Notes: generated by a model not told the origin, from the sequence alone. DNA of 64,000 nt from an uncultured Pseudomonadota bacterium (GCA_963770835.1 CAVYRH010000004.1:224001-288000); one strand, 5' to 3'. Counted from the stretch's first letter, positions 39,446 to 49,424 are shown. Translations and numbers: made by a program.

Positions 39446-41893
39446 TTGCCGCCACGGTTTAAAACATTTTTAACCAGCGTCTTCTTCCTCCTGCTCATTG
39501 TGGGAACTGGAACCGGTTCCGTTTGGGCCCATCCCTTGGATAACGTCACCTCCGACGAGTCCCTCTACCAACGCGTGCAAAAACTGGCCGACGCCGGCCT
39601 TTTGGACCCCGCGGACCGGCAGGTGCTGGACCAGGGAAGAGTGGTGACGCGCCTGGAACTGGCTTTTTATGTCGAGAAGGCCCAATCCCACCTGCAAATG
39701 GCGGCCGCCACAAGAATTTCCACCGAAAAATCCACAGCCTCTTCCCCCTCGCCCGAGGCGGCAACCGGCCTGGAGCGGGAGATCCTGGACCTGTTGAAGG
39801 AACTGGAGGAGGAGTCTTCCTACTTGCGCACCCGGTTGGCCTTGGACGACGAAAGGATCCACCAACAGGAAGCCGAACTGGACCAGCTGATTTCGGACCA
39901 GGACAAGGTCGAGTCCGCTTTCAACACGGCCAACAAGGCCAGCGGAACGCCCCATTTCACTTCCATCTCCGACGAGAAGGTTGAGAACATCAATGTCTCG
40001 GGCCTTTACCGGGCGGGCGCCACCCGGTTGACCAACGAGGTCAATCTGGGCGTCTGGAGTGACCTGGGCGGCAAGGGTTCCGTCAACCTGGGGCTGGGCG
40101 GCTACGTCTTCGGTTCCAACGCCTCCGCCAGCCCGGTTTCCGTCTATCTTTTCTCTCCCTCGGTCAACTACAACCTGGATGGGAAACTTGGCCACTGGAG
40201 CTTCACCGTGGCGCAGGAAGACTATACCTACGACACGGACCTGGGCAATTTCACCCGCGGCTTGCAGCCCGGCACACTGCGCTTCGAGAACCCTTTCGAC
40301 GTGAAACGCTACTCCAGCGACAAGGACATGAAGAACTGGGATGACTACATGACCAACCTGGGCTACGTGCCCAGCTCCGAAGCTTGGGTGAACCAAAACA
40401 GCACGGTCAAGGTCTTTGACGGTTTCTACGGCGTGGGCACCCAGCTTCCCCTGGTCAGTTCGGACGCCCGGGCTACCTTACTCTTCGGACCCAACAACAA
40501 CGCCATCTTCCCCAACCAATGGGAGGAAGGGCTCAAATACAGCCAGCCCTGGCTGGGAGGGAAACTCCTGACCGCATTTTCCACCGAGTGGGTGAACGAC
40601 AATTACGGGATCACGCCGCCCGGCAGCCCCTCCATGGACATGAAAGATTACGAGGCTAATTTCGGGATCGACCTCTATCCGGTCTTTATCAGCCTCGACG
40701 CCGGATTCTCGAGTTTTTACACCGGCATCGACACCCGCAACCCCTCGGACCCGCAAGCCCTGGTCGCCCCGGCGGGCCTGGCCTCCCTTTCCATCTACCC
40801 GCTGACCCTCTACTACACGGCCGTCAGCGACGGTTACGCCGACATGCAAAGCAAGGTGGTGCTGGCCGGGTTCAACCCGACCCGCTACGGGGAACCCTAC
40901 CTCATCAACGCCAGCAGCGGGAGCAACATCGGGTCCAGCAACGCCAGTTTTTTCGAGAACCCGGGCTATATCGGCATGGTGGACGACCTGGTCAGCAACC
41001 GTTACGGCTGGCGCGCCAACCTGGGATGGAAGGGACGGCAGGAAAGCTGGACCAAGGACCTGCCCTCCTTCCTGGACGATATCGTGATCAATTTCGACAT
41101 GGCCCAAAAGACCGAGTACACGGTCCAGACGGACGAGGCGGGGTACAACGCGGTCCAGGTGAACGACCTGATCACCGTCTTCTATCCCGAGGACACGGGC
41201 ATCTGGGGGAACACCCTTTGGGGCGGATATAACGGAGCCGGGCCCATGGCCACGGCTTACGACGCCAATATCGCTTCCCTGCGGAATAATGGAGTGACCG
41301 AAACCTACACATTGTTGGGGAACGGCTATTACCAAAGGATTCCCTTCATCCTGCCGGTTTATTCCGCCGCAGGCACCATCCAGACTTCCGGGGGCGCCAA
41401 CGTTTATACGCAGTTGGACCATATCAAGACCTACAACTACGTCACCCTTACCACCAAGTTCCAGTTCAATAAGATGTTCGGCCTGCCCACCCCCCTTTAC
41501 GGAAGTTTCTTCTTCACGGACAACGGCGTTTCCGGCTTCAGCAACAACCCGGCGATCGCCAATATGCCCGACCCCTACCGGCCGGGGCAGACCTTGCAGT
41601 CCATTCCCAACCTCTTCGACCAGACGGTTTACGACGCGGCCCTCATGTACCAGGTGGTGCGCAACGTGAACCTGATGGCCGACTACGGCCTGGAATTTTG
41701 GAAGTCGGATTACACCTATCCCCTCGTGGATGAGAGGACCGATTCCTTCGGCCTGGGGATGGCCTATGACCTGCCCTGGGGCGGCGGCAAGTTGGAAACG
41801 CGCTACAAGCACCTGATTTTCCAGGACACCTACGTCCCGGCCAATAATTACCAGGCGGACCAGGTTTACGTTTATTTGCTGTTCCAGTTTTAA
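39446..41893 (+). CDS. Large OmpM-like protein 1: signal peptide, SLH-like domain, coiled coil, beta-barrel
   Basis: LYQRVQKLADAGLL...VTRLELA (SLH-like), heptad coil, beta-rich body, ends YLLFQF. Confidence 0.7.
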   Translation: MPPRFKTFLTSVFFLLLIVGTGTGSVWAHPLDNVTSDESLYQRVQKLADAGLLDPADRQVLDQGRVVTRLELAFYVEKAQSHLQMAAATRISTEKSTASSPSPEAATGLEREILDLLKELEEESSYLRTRLALDDERIHQQEAELDQLISDQDKVESAFNTANKASGTPHFTSISDEKVENINVSGLYRAGATRLTNEVNLGVWSDLGGKGSVNLGLGGYVFGSNASASPVSVYLFSPSVNYNLDGKLGHWSFTVAQEDYTYDTDLGNFTRGLQPGTLRFENPFDVKRYSSDKDMKNWDDYMTNLGYVPSSEAWVNQNSTVKVFDGFYGVGTQLPLVSSDARATLLFGPNNNAIFPNQWEEGLKYSQPWLGGKLLTAFSTEWVNDNYGITPPGSPSMDMKDYEANFGIDLYPVFISLDAGFSSFYTGIDTRNPSDPQALVAPAGLASLSIYPLTLYYTAVSDGYADMQSKVVLAGFNPTRYGEPYLINASSGSNIGSSNASFFENPGYIGMVDDLVSNRYGWRANLGWKGRQESWTKDLPSFLDDIVINFDMAQKTEYTVQTDEAGYNAVQVNDLITVFYPEDTGIWGNTLWGGYNGAGPMATAYDANIASLRNNGVTETYTLLGNGYYQRIPFILPVYSAAGTIQTSGGANVYTQLDHIKTYNYVTLTTKFQFNKMFGLPTPLYGSFFFTDNGVSGFSNNPAIANMPDPYRPGQTLQSIPNLFDQTVYDAALMYQVVRNVNLMADYGLEFWKSDYTYPLVDERTDSFGLGMAYDLPWGGGKLETRYKHLIFQDTYVPANNYQADQVYVYLLFQF

Positions 41894-41944
41894 GTGATGA
41901 AGAAAAGTGAAAAGGATGAAGGACCAAAAGTGGAAATGACGAGA

Positions 41945-44119
41945 ATGAAAACAAAACCCTTCCTGCCGCTCCTGGCGGCTTTGGCCTTAACGGCCCTGCC
42001 GGCTTTTGCCGACCACGGCCCCACTGCGTCTACCCAAAGGGACCCCTGGATCGATTCGAGCCTGGAGGACCTGGTCCAGGCCGGACTGGTGGATTCCTTC
42101 GGCCGACCGGTGAGCCAGATGACCAACCTAGAAGTGGCCCAGGCCACGGCCGCCGCGGCGAAAAAACTGCAATCGCCGGATGAAACGGCATCCCAACCCC
42201 TTCCGGCCCAAACCAAGGCCGATGAAAGCCTGGGGAAACTGGTGGAGGAGTTCAAAAGCGAACTGGCCCTGATGGACGTGGACGTGGTCAAGGTGGAGGA
42301 CCGAATCCATGAGGAAGAGAGGCGCAACGGGGAATTCGCCGCCCTGCAGCAGGAATACCTGAAGCGCACGGGGACCCAGGTTTCGGGCTATGCCCGGGGC
42401 TACTTCGACACTTACCGGGGTTTCGGCCCCAACGCGGCCTTTTCGTCCATGAGCTACAACGACGTCATGTTCGCCGACATTCTCCTCAAGAGCGTGCCTG
42501 TGCCTTTCGTGCTTTTCGACGCGGACTTGCGCCTGATCCGCACCATCGGTTTTTCCTACGCTGACCCCATTCTGCCCGAATACAACCTGCGCTGGCTTTC
42601 CCTAACCAACGTGAACGAGGTGGCCAACCTGACCGCCGGGGACTTTTACCAGCACTACACTCCCCTGACCCTTTGGAACTCGGAGATACCCGTCTATACC
42701 CTCACCGAGCCTTCCTCCTATGAGCGGGTGCGCAAGGACGTTGAGGAACTGGTCTACCTGGACCACGGCCCGGACTGGCACATGCGGGGCTTCGAGCTCT
42801 CCTCGGATCAGGCCCTGTCGGATACCTCCATCCCCTTGAGTTCCTTCCACGGCCAGGCCATGGCGGGCGAGCTCCAGTCCGCGGCCCAGTACAGCTTTGC
42901 CCAGGACTACGCCGGGGGCGAAGCAGGCCTGGACTTTTTCAACGACAAGGTGGAGATCAAGGCCACCGGCCTTTCACTTTGGGACCAAAGCCAGTATTCG
43001 GACGTGCCCTATATCCCGGGCCTCTTCTCCACTTACTCGCAGCAGTACCAGATTGGAAGCCTGCTGGCCTCCGGCAACTTTTCCCTCCAGGATGACGCCA
43101 ATATCATCGCTTCGGTCGAAGTGGCTGGGTCCCGCTACCAGGAAGACGCCACCAACCCCCAAAGCGTGCTGGAGGATTCGGCTGTCCGGGGTGTGGGCAC
43201 GTTGAACCTCTCTACCTTGCACGTGACCGCCAAGTACCTTTACAACGGGCCCTACTTTTATTCCCCTGGGGCCCAGACCAACCGCTACACGCCCTACCCC
43301 GGCACTGCCGGTTACCTGAGCACCAACCAAAACCTGGATGACGCCCTGCCCGGATACCTTAACAACTACGTCTTCCAAGGGGTCAACCGCCCGGGTTTCG
43401 CGCCTTACGACCGCATCGCGGAAAACATCCTGCCCTACGGCGACGCCTCGCCCAACCGCGAGGGGTTCGTCTTCAACGGCTCCGTGGGACTGGGGAAGGA
43501 CGGCTGGCTCGTGCCCCAAGCCCAGGCGGAGGTCGGCATGAAAGAGGTCCAACCCAACCTTATCCTTCTCTCCAGCGGCGGGACGACCTCGGTGGACGGC
43601 CTGACCGAGGGCCGCAACTTCACCGGAATCGAAACAGCCTTGACCGCCAACCTGTCCAAGGCCCTGGACGGCCTGCCTTCCACCTGTGACGTATCGTTCG
43701 ATTACAAATACCAGGAAACGGATTTGGGGCTGAGTACCCCCTTTGTGGTAAACACCTTCATCGCTTCGGCCGACGCCGGGCCCTTCCCGGACCTGCCCTT
43801 GCTGGACGGCCTGATTCTTTCCCTGGCCTATGAGGAGGCGCAGGGAAGTGGAAGCGAGTTTGTTTTGAACTCGCTGGGCAATCCCCCCACCCTGGCCCAG
43901 TATCCCGACTACCTGGATTCGAACCTGGCCGACAACAGCTATACCTACCAGACCCTGGACATCACGCGCACTTCCTGGGCCTTTGGCGCCAGGCTCCCTT
44001 TAAGCAAGAGCGCCGAGGTGCACGCGGACTACTTCATCAACCAGTACACATGGACCAGCCAGCCCAGCTACGGCCGCCAGGATCAGATATGGAGGGTGAC
44101 TTATGAACTCACCTTCTAA
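41945..44119 (+). CDS. Large OmpM-like protein 2
   Basis: Signal peptide; WIDSSLEDLVQAGLV...MTNLEVA; LVEEFKSELALMDVDV coil; ends VTYELTF. Confidence 0.72.
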   Translation: MKTKPFLPLLAALALTALPAFADHGPTASTQRDPWIDSSLEDLVQAGLVDSFGRPVSQMTNLEVAQATAAAAKKLQSPDETASQPLPAQTKADESLGKLVEEFKSELALMDVDVVKVEDRIHEEERRNGEFAALQQEYLKRTGTQVSGYARGYFDTYRGFGPNAAFSSMSYNDVMFADILLKSVPVPFVLFDADLRLIRTIGFSYADPILPEYNLRWLSLTNVNEVANLTAGDFYQHYTPLTLWNSEIPVYTLTEPSSYERVRKDVEELVYLDHGPDWHMRGFELSSDQALSDTSIPLSSFHGQAMAGELQSAAQYSFAQDYAGGEAGLDFFNDKVEIKATGLSLWDQSQYSDVPYIPGLFSTYSQQYQIGSLLASGNFSLQDDANIIASVEVAGSRYQEDATNPQSVLEDSAVRGVGTLNLSTLHVTAKYLYNGPYFYSPGAQTNRYTPYPGTAGYLSTNQNLDDALPGYLNNYVFQGVNRPGFAPYDRIAENILPYGDASPNREGFVFNGSVGLGKDGWLVPQAQAEVGMKEVQPNLILLSSGGTTSVDGLTEGRNFTGIETALTANLSKALDGLPSTCDVSFDYKYQETDLGLSTPFVVNTFIASADAGPFPDLPLLDGLILSLAYEEAQGSGSEFVLNSLGNPPTLAQYPDYLDSNLADNSYTYQTLDITRTSWAFGARLPLSKSAEVHADYFINQYTWTSQPSYGRQDQIWRVTYELTF

Positions 44120-46445
44120 CGTAAAAACTTTTCACCACAGGCCGCCTTCGGCGGCGCACAGAGTTCACGGAGTAAATCTTTTGGGATTAAAACTTGTAGT
44201 AGCTTTCCTGCTGGCCCTCGCGGCCGCTGGCGGGGCCGCCGCCAACGCCATCTTCGACCAAGTACCGGCGGGCGACCCAACTTATGCCAGCCTGGAAAAG
44301 CTTGAAAATGCGGGGTTGCTGCCCGCAGGGGCCGCCCAACCTCCCCTGTCCCGCTATGATGTTGCGTTGGACATCTCGAAAGCCCGCGGCAAGTATGACC
44401 AAATAGTCTTAGCCCAGGCTGGCGACGAAATCCCCCCACCCCCGAGCGATCTGTCGACCATCAACAGTACCCCGACTCCCACACCCAAACCCACACCCGT
44501 ACCATTAACTGATTTGGCCAAGACCCTCACTAGCCTGGAAGAGGCCTACCAATACGAATTGAAAGCGGTCAAGGCAAGCCTCCAGTCGATCCAAAGCGAG
44601 GCGGATGAAGTGGACGCCAAACAATACGAACTTCGCAAGAGAATCATGGGCATCACCGAATACCCCAGCCTGTCGGTGCACGGTTTGGGCCGGGCCTTCG
44701 GTTTCTCCCAACAATATGTGGGCCCCACACCTCCCTATGTGATCCAACCCGGTGTCCAGCAGTCCTTTGGCTACCTGGACCTGGAACCCGAAGGGGTGGT
44801 CAGCAAGCAGGTGAGCTGGAACGCCATCCTGCGCCTGGAAACGTCCTTTCAGCCCAACGCGGCCCCGGTCATCACTTTCCGGCGCGCCTCGATGGATTTC
44901 AGCCCCGAATGGTTCTCGGCGGACCTGGGGGATTTCGACGAGGCCTACACGCCCTTCACCCTTTGGAACCGCGACACGTTGGACCTCAAGTACGTGCCCG
45001 AAATGATCGCCCGGGAGGACGATACCGCCAAATACGAAAGCTTTTTAAACAATGAGCCCGAATGGCCCTTCCGGGGGGTGAGGATCGGCACCAAGCTCCT
45101 GTGGCCCAACTCGGACGTGTTGGACGAATTCCACGTTTCCACCTTCGCCGACATGATCCACAACAACGCGGCGGATTACGGTGTTTTCATCACTCCCCCC
45201 CAATATATCGACTGGCTTTTCGGGGGAACGGCCGGGATCAAGTCCAAGAAGTGGAAATGGGACGGGACCACTTGGCAGGCGGACATCGAGACTTACGGCA
45301 TCATCATGGACCAGCCCCTAGATACCACCCCCGGAGTAGCACCCTATAATCCCCTGGATGTGACGACCTGGGCGCACCAATACCTGATCGGGAGCGTCAA
45401 ACCGGGACTCAAGGTGGACTTGGGTGACGGCACCACGGTGGGCGGCTCGGTGGAATACGCCACTTCCAGCTACCAAGATGACAAGCTGGACTCCAACCGG
45501 GTCATCGTGGACAACGCTCTTTTTGGAAGTTTGTTCGTCCAAGAAGGGGCCTCGACGGTTTCCTTCAACTACCTTTACGTGGGGCCTTACTATTACTCCC
45601 CCATGGCCCAGACCCGGCAGGACGCGGTCACGAACCTTTCCAATCCCGCCGGGCTTTCCTATTTAAATTCCCCGGACCTTTTCTCGGCACCCCTGCGCGG
45701 GCAGGACTTTTTGACCGCTATACCACGGGCCGGGGGAATCTTCGGTTTTTACGACCGCACCCAGGACAACACCTTCCCCTACGGCTTGGCTACCCCGAAC
45801 CGCAAGGGGATCGGGATCGACGCAGACATCGAGGCCCTGGACCATAAGGCCCTGAAGATTCTGGGGTCGGCTTATTTTGTGCAGGAAATCCAGGACGACC
45901 TGGTGAACAACTTACCCGATACGGCCCTGGTGCCAGTGGACGCGTCCGTGGGGACGTCCTCGGTAGCACTGCGGAATTTCACCTACATCAACGCCGGGCC
46001 TTCCCTGAACGTGGGGCCCCTGCTGGGGCTGGGACGGGACGTGGAACTAGGGACCAACGTGCGGATGGAACAAACCACCAGCTGGGTCGGAACCCTGACC
46101 AGCACCTGGATCATCGGCGGCGTTCGGGTGGAGATCCTGCCGGTTTGGGAGGTCTCAGCCGCCTTTAGCAACCAAGAGTCCAAGGGTACGGAAGAAGGCT
46201 TTAACGGGACCCTTTGGGCCCAGTATCCCTACTTGTTCGACAACTCGGACCTGGGGTCTTATGCGCCGTTCACCGTCAACGGCAGCAACCAGAGCTGGCG
46301 GTTCTCGAACCTGTTCAAGGTCAACCCCAATTCCACCATCTACCTGGACGCGGATTGGACCAGCGGCAACCTGATGCCCGTCAGCGCTTCCAACCCCACC
46401 CTGATCAACCAGTTTTACGAGGTGACTTATGAAGTACGGTTCTAA
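44103..46445 (+). CDS. Large OmpM-like protein 3
   Basis: FDQVPAGDPTYASLEKLENAGLL...LSRYDVA; coil; shares YTPxTLWN, GPYxYSPxAQT, PYGxAxPNRxG with protein 2; ends VTYEVRF. Confidence 0.72.
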   Translation: MNSPSNVKTFHHRPPSAAHRVHGVNLLGLKLVVAFLLALAAAGGAAANAIFDQVPAGDPTYASLEKLENAGLLPAGAAQPPLSRYDVALDISKARGKYDQIVLAQAGDEIPPPPSDLSTINSTPTPTPKPTPVPLTDLAKTLTSLEEAYQYELKAVKASLQSIQSEADEVDAKQYELRKRIMGITEYPSLSVHGLGRAFGFSQQYVGPTPPYVIQPGVQQSFGYLDLEPEGVVSKQVSWNAILRLETSFQPNAAPVITFRRASMDFSPEWFSADLGDFDEAYTPFTLWNRDTLDLKYVPEMIAREDDTAKYESFLNNEPEWPFRGVRIGTKLLWPNSDVLDEFHVSTFADMIHNNAADYGVFITPPQYIDWLFGGTAGIKSKKWKWDGTTWQADIETYGIIMDQPLDTTPGVAPYNPLDVTTWAHQYLIGSVKPGLKVDLGDGTTVGGSVEYATSSYQDDKLDSNRVIVDNALFGSLFVQEGASTVSFNYLYVGPYYYSPMAQTRQDAVTNLSNPAGLSYLNSPDLFSAPLRGQDFLTAIPRAGGIFGFYDRTQDNTFPYGLATPNRKGIGIDADIEALDHKALKILGSAYFVQEIQDDLVNNLPDTALVPVDASVGTSSVALRNFTYINAGPSLNVGPLLGLGRDVELGTNVRMEQTTSWVGTLTSTWIIGGVRVEILPVWEVSAAFSNQESKGTEEGFNGTLWAQYPYLFDNSDLGSYAPFTVNGSNQSWRFSNLFKVNPNSTIYLDADWTSGNLMPVSASNPTLINQFYEVTYEVRF
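44130..44175 (+). repeat. Half copy of a cacagag element with an inserted GC hairpin
   Basis: ttcaccacag[gccgccttcggcggc]gcacagagttcacggagtaa. Confidence 0.6.
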
Positions 46446-47151
46446 ACTCTTCGCTCTTTTGGCCGTGACGACCCTGATGGGCTGGGGCTGCCAATCCATG
46501 GCTCCCACAAGTTCGGTCGGGGGATCGGCGGCCAACTCGCCCAATGAGGTCATCAACTTCGAGGGTTCACCGGCCACAGTGGTTAATTCGCATTTGGCCG
46601 AAGCTGGGGTTCCGGGAAACACCGTGCAAGTCCCGGGTACCATTAGCGTGGATGTGCCCGGTGGGGTGACCTTTGAGGGCATCGTGTCGCCCGGGGCCAA
46701 CGGAACGGCCCATGCCTACCAGATGTCCGGGCCCGTGACCGGTTCCATATGCCAAATGATCATCAAGCTGGATACGGGCTCCGCTTCAGGCTATTACAAC
46801 GCCAGCCTCTTCAAGGGCGTCCAGTTTTACATGAGGGTCATGCCCGACGACACTTGCACCTCAAGACAATTTTCCATTCCTATCGCCCAAACCATGCCGG
46901 TGACCAACGGGGGAACCTGCTTGAGCGGTTGTTACGACCATTTCGGCTATACCTACCAGGGCACGGGTGGCAACTGGCAGTTATACGCCCTGAATTTTTC
47001 GTCCCTCACGCGCAGTAGTTACGGAAGCGCCGTCAACCCACCCACCCTGACCGGCTCCAACCTGGCGCAGTTTGTCCAGTTGCAGTGGCAGCAAAACGGC
47101 GGCGGTTCCAGCAACGCCGATTTCGGCATAGATGAGGTACAATTTTATTAA
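46429..47151 (+). CDS. Lipoprotein with CBM11/CIA30-like domain (paralog of 38664-39419)
   Basis: Lipobox GWGC; GANGT, YYNASLFKGVQFY, GGTCLSGCYDHFG, IDEVQFY. Confidence 0.72.
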   Translation: MKYGSKLFALLAVTTLMGWGCQSMAPTSSVGGSAANSPNEVINFEGSPATVVNSHLAEAGVPGNTVQVPGTISVDVPGGVTFEGIVSPGANGTAHAYQMSGPVTGSICQMIIKLDTGSASGYYNASLFKGVQFYMRVMPDDTCTSRQFSIPIAQTMPVTNGGTCLSGCYDHFGYTYQGTGGNWQLYALNFSSLTRSSYGSAVNPPTLTGSNLAQFVQLQWQQNGGGSSNADFGIDEVQFY

Positions 47152-47152
47152 T

Positions 47153-47260
47153 TCAAACCCAGGGTTTACGGGGGACTATCCGCCCATCGGGCCCAGTACC
47201 AAGGGCACGGGATGTTCTCCCGCTTGAAGGTTTGAGCTGCTGAGAGTTGAGGAGGTTTGA
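47153..47260 (+). other. Structured intergenic RNA segment before the last gene of the operon
   Basis: tcaaacc/ggtttga, cggggga..atcc/ggat..tctcccg and gccc/gggc nested pairings. Confidence 0.45.
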
Positions 47261-47261
47261 C

Positions 47262-48488
47262 ATGAAGATAAAATGGTTTGCATTCCTATTCCTGACCGTG
47301 GCCCTGGCTTTTACCCTTTGGCTGACCCAAGGCTGCAACAAGAATGTCCCCACGCTGGCGACCATGGCTGTTCCAACGGTAACGCCTTCCACCAGCTGGT
47401 ATTTTGAGACCAGTTCCGCCATCGGGTCGGGGAAGAACCAGTGGAATGACACCGGTTTTAACGACTATGCCGGCACTCCTGTCCCCGGCACGACAAGCTG
47501 GAGCCAGCCGGGGTACAACGGCTCGGTCGGCTGTTTAAACGATGCTATTACTTTCACCGCTTCGAAGCAGTCGGATACGGTGCAGTACACCCCTTCCACG
47601 GGCCTTAATTTTATACAGCTGGGCGTCAACAGCATCAGTTTTGAAGTCTGGGTCGATGGTTCCCTCAACAGCACGACCGTGCAAATTTATTTTCAAAGTG
47701 GATCGGGCACCTGGGAGTGGAGCAACCAAATGTCCGTGACCGCAGGTGGTTGGAATAATGTTACTTTCACCCCCACTTGGGTGAAGAGCGGTGAAAGCCC
47801 CACCAACGTGCAATCTTTCTGGATCACGCTCATCTCCGGAGGCGCGGGAACCGGCAATTTTAAATTGGATAATATCATGCTCAACCCTGGAACCATTGTC
47901 CCCACCCCGACTCCTCCACCCGTCGCATCTCCAACGGCTACCTTCACACCGGTGTCGGCTTACAGCTGGTATTTCGATAGCAGCACCATGGGCGCAGGAG
48001 GAAACGACATCGGTACGGCGGCAAACCAATCAGGAACCTGGTATGACCAAGGGGGGCAGGGGGTAACCGGCGTCGTGAGTTGGGCCACCCCTGGTTATAA
48101 CGGTTCCACGGGTTGTTTTCAGAGCTTCGTCACCTTTACAACGACAGGACAATCGGACCAGATTCAGTACAATTTGCCAAGCCCGATGAACTGGACCTCA
48201 ATGGGAGTTATCGGTATCCGCGCAGAAGTTTGGGTCGACAATACCCTGGATAACACGACCCCCGTGGCTCAACAATTCACCTCAAGCGGCTCGGGTTCCG
48301 TTTGGGAATATGGCGGTTATACCAGCTTGACGGCCAACGCATGGACATTTACCAGTTTTGTCCCCCCTTTCAGCACTACCGGAACCGATCCAACCAACGT
48401 CAAAAGTTTCTGGTTCAGGATTACGACGAACGGCGGCACGTCGTTTGGCAGTGGAAACGTCAAACTAGACAATATCGAGCTTTATTAG
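47262..48488 (+). CDS. Lipoprotein with two tandem CBM-like beta-sandwich domains
   Basis: RBS ggaggt; lipobox TQGC; duplicated SWYF..S, PGYNGS.GC, EVWVD, WE, PTNV.SFW, KLDNI; PT linker. Confidence 0.72.
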   Translation: MKIKWFAFLFLTVALAFTLWLTQGCNKNVPTLATMAVPTVTPSTSWYFETSSAIGSGKNQWNDTGFNDYAGTPVPGTTSWSQPGYNGSVGCLNDAITFTASKQSDTVQYTPSTGLNFIQLGVNSISFEVWVDGSLNSTTVQIYFQSGSGTWEWSNQMSVTAGGWNNVTFTPTWVKSGESPTNVQSFWITLISGGAGTGNFKLDNIMLNPGTIVPTPTPPPVASPTATFTPVSAYSWYFDSSTMGAGGNDIGTAANQSGTWYDQGGQGVTGVVSWATPGYNGSTGCFQSFVTFTTTGQSDQIQYNLPSPMNWTSMGVIGIRAEVWVDNTLDNTTPVAQQFTSSGSGSVWEYGGYTSLTANAWTFTSFVPPFSTTGTDPTNVKSFWFRITTNGGTSFGSGNVKLDNIELY

Positions 48489-48500
48489 CCCCGTGCCGGG

Positions 48501-49424
48501 CTAGGGGCCTGTCCCCGCCTTGCGCGGGCTTCCCAAAAAGTTCTTCGCTACTTCCACGCAATCGGGATATTGGTTCATCTTGACGACCTTCCGGTAGTAG
48601 ATCCGGGCTTCCCTCTGTTTGCCCATCCGGGCCAAGGTGTTTCCCATGTTGAAAACATAAAGGCTCTCCTGCGGATTTTTCTGGCTGGCGATGAGGAGGT
48701 ATTTGAAGGTGTGGGCCCAATCCTCCTTGGTGGAGTAATAGGCGGCCAGTGAATTGTAGGCGAAGGAGTCATTGGGAAAATAAGTGAGAGCCAGGCGGCA
48801 CAGCCGATGGGCGTGATCCCAATTGTCCGGGCCACCCTGGCCCAGGTAATAAGCGATTGGCTGGTGGATCAAGGGTTTGATGAAATGGGAACGGGGTTGG
48901 GGCAGTTCCTGGTCGCCCGCCCATCTGAGCTTTTCCTTGTTCTTGCGTTTATCCGCGTATTGGAGGGCGTGAATCAACACGTTATATTGGGAATTGAAGT
49001 CGCCCATGTCCTGATAGAGGCGGGCCAGGTTGAAGGAAATGTCCAGGCGCCAGGGGCGGGAAGCGATGGCAGCCTGCCAGCAAGTGACGGACTGGGACAT
49101 CAAGGCCCGGTCAAAATAGGAAGGGTCCCTGGCGGGAGGATCGGTCCCTGGTACGGACGGCGGGCACCAAACCACTGGTGTTTCCACCACCGCCGGCTTG
49201 GAAAGAGGGGGCGCTTTGCTTTCGGCCTTCAAGAAAAAATAATTTCCCGCGGCCACGAACCATTCGGCGTCGTCCGGATTGGTTTGACGCCAATCCTGGA
49301 GGGTTTTTTCCATCGTGCCAAAATCACTTTTTTGGAATTGCGCGTCGAATTGCTCCGGATAGCCCGCGAAAGCCCGTGAAAAAAAACTCGCCACCAGCAG
49401 GAGGGCGGGCACAAAGTTCCGCAT
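48501..49424 (-). CDS. Secreted TPR protein
   Basis: Signal peptide; TPR repeats (FNMGNTLARMGKQREARIYYRKV). Confidence 0.75.
   Translation of the reverse strand: MRNFVPALLLVASFFSRAFAGYPEQFDAQFQKSDFGTMEKTLQDWRQTNPDDAEWFVAAGNYFFLKAESKAPPLSKPAVVETPVVWCPPSVPGTDPPARDPSYFDRALMSQSVTCWQAAIASRPWRLDISFNLARLYQDMGDFNSQYNVLIHALQYADKRKNKEKLRWAGDQELPQPRSHFIKPLIHQPIAYYLGQGGPDNWDHAHRLCRLALTYFPNDSFAYNSLAAYYSTKEDWAHTFKYLLIASQKNPQESLYVFNMGNTLARMGKQREARIYYRKVVKMNQYPDCVEVAKNFLGSPRKAGTGP

Noticed and set aside
40478..41812. Long antisense ORFs (also 10427-11542, 52924-53955, 57528-58532, 62376-63203)
   Set aside because: Expected opposite-strand shadows of high-GC genes, with no motifs of their own
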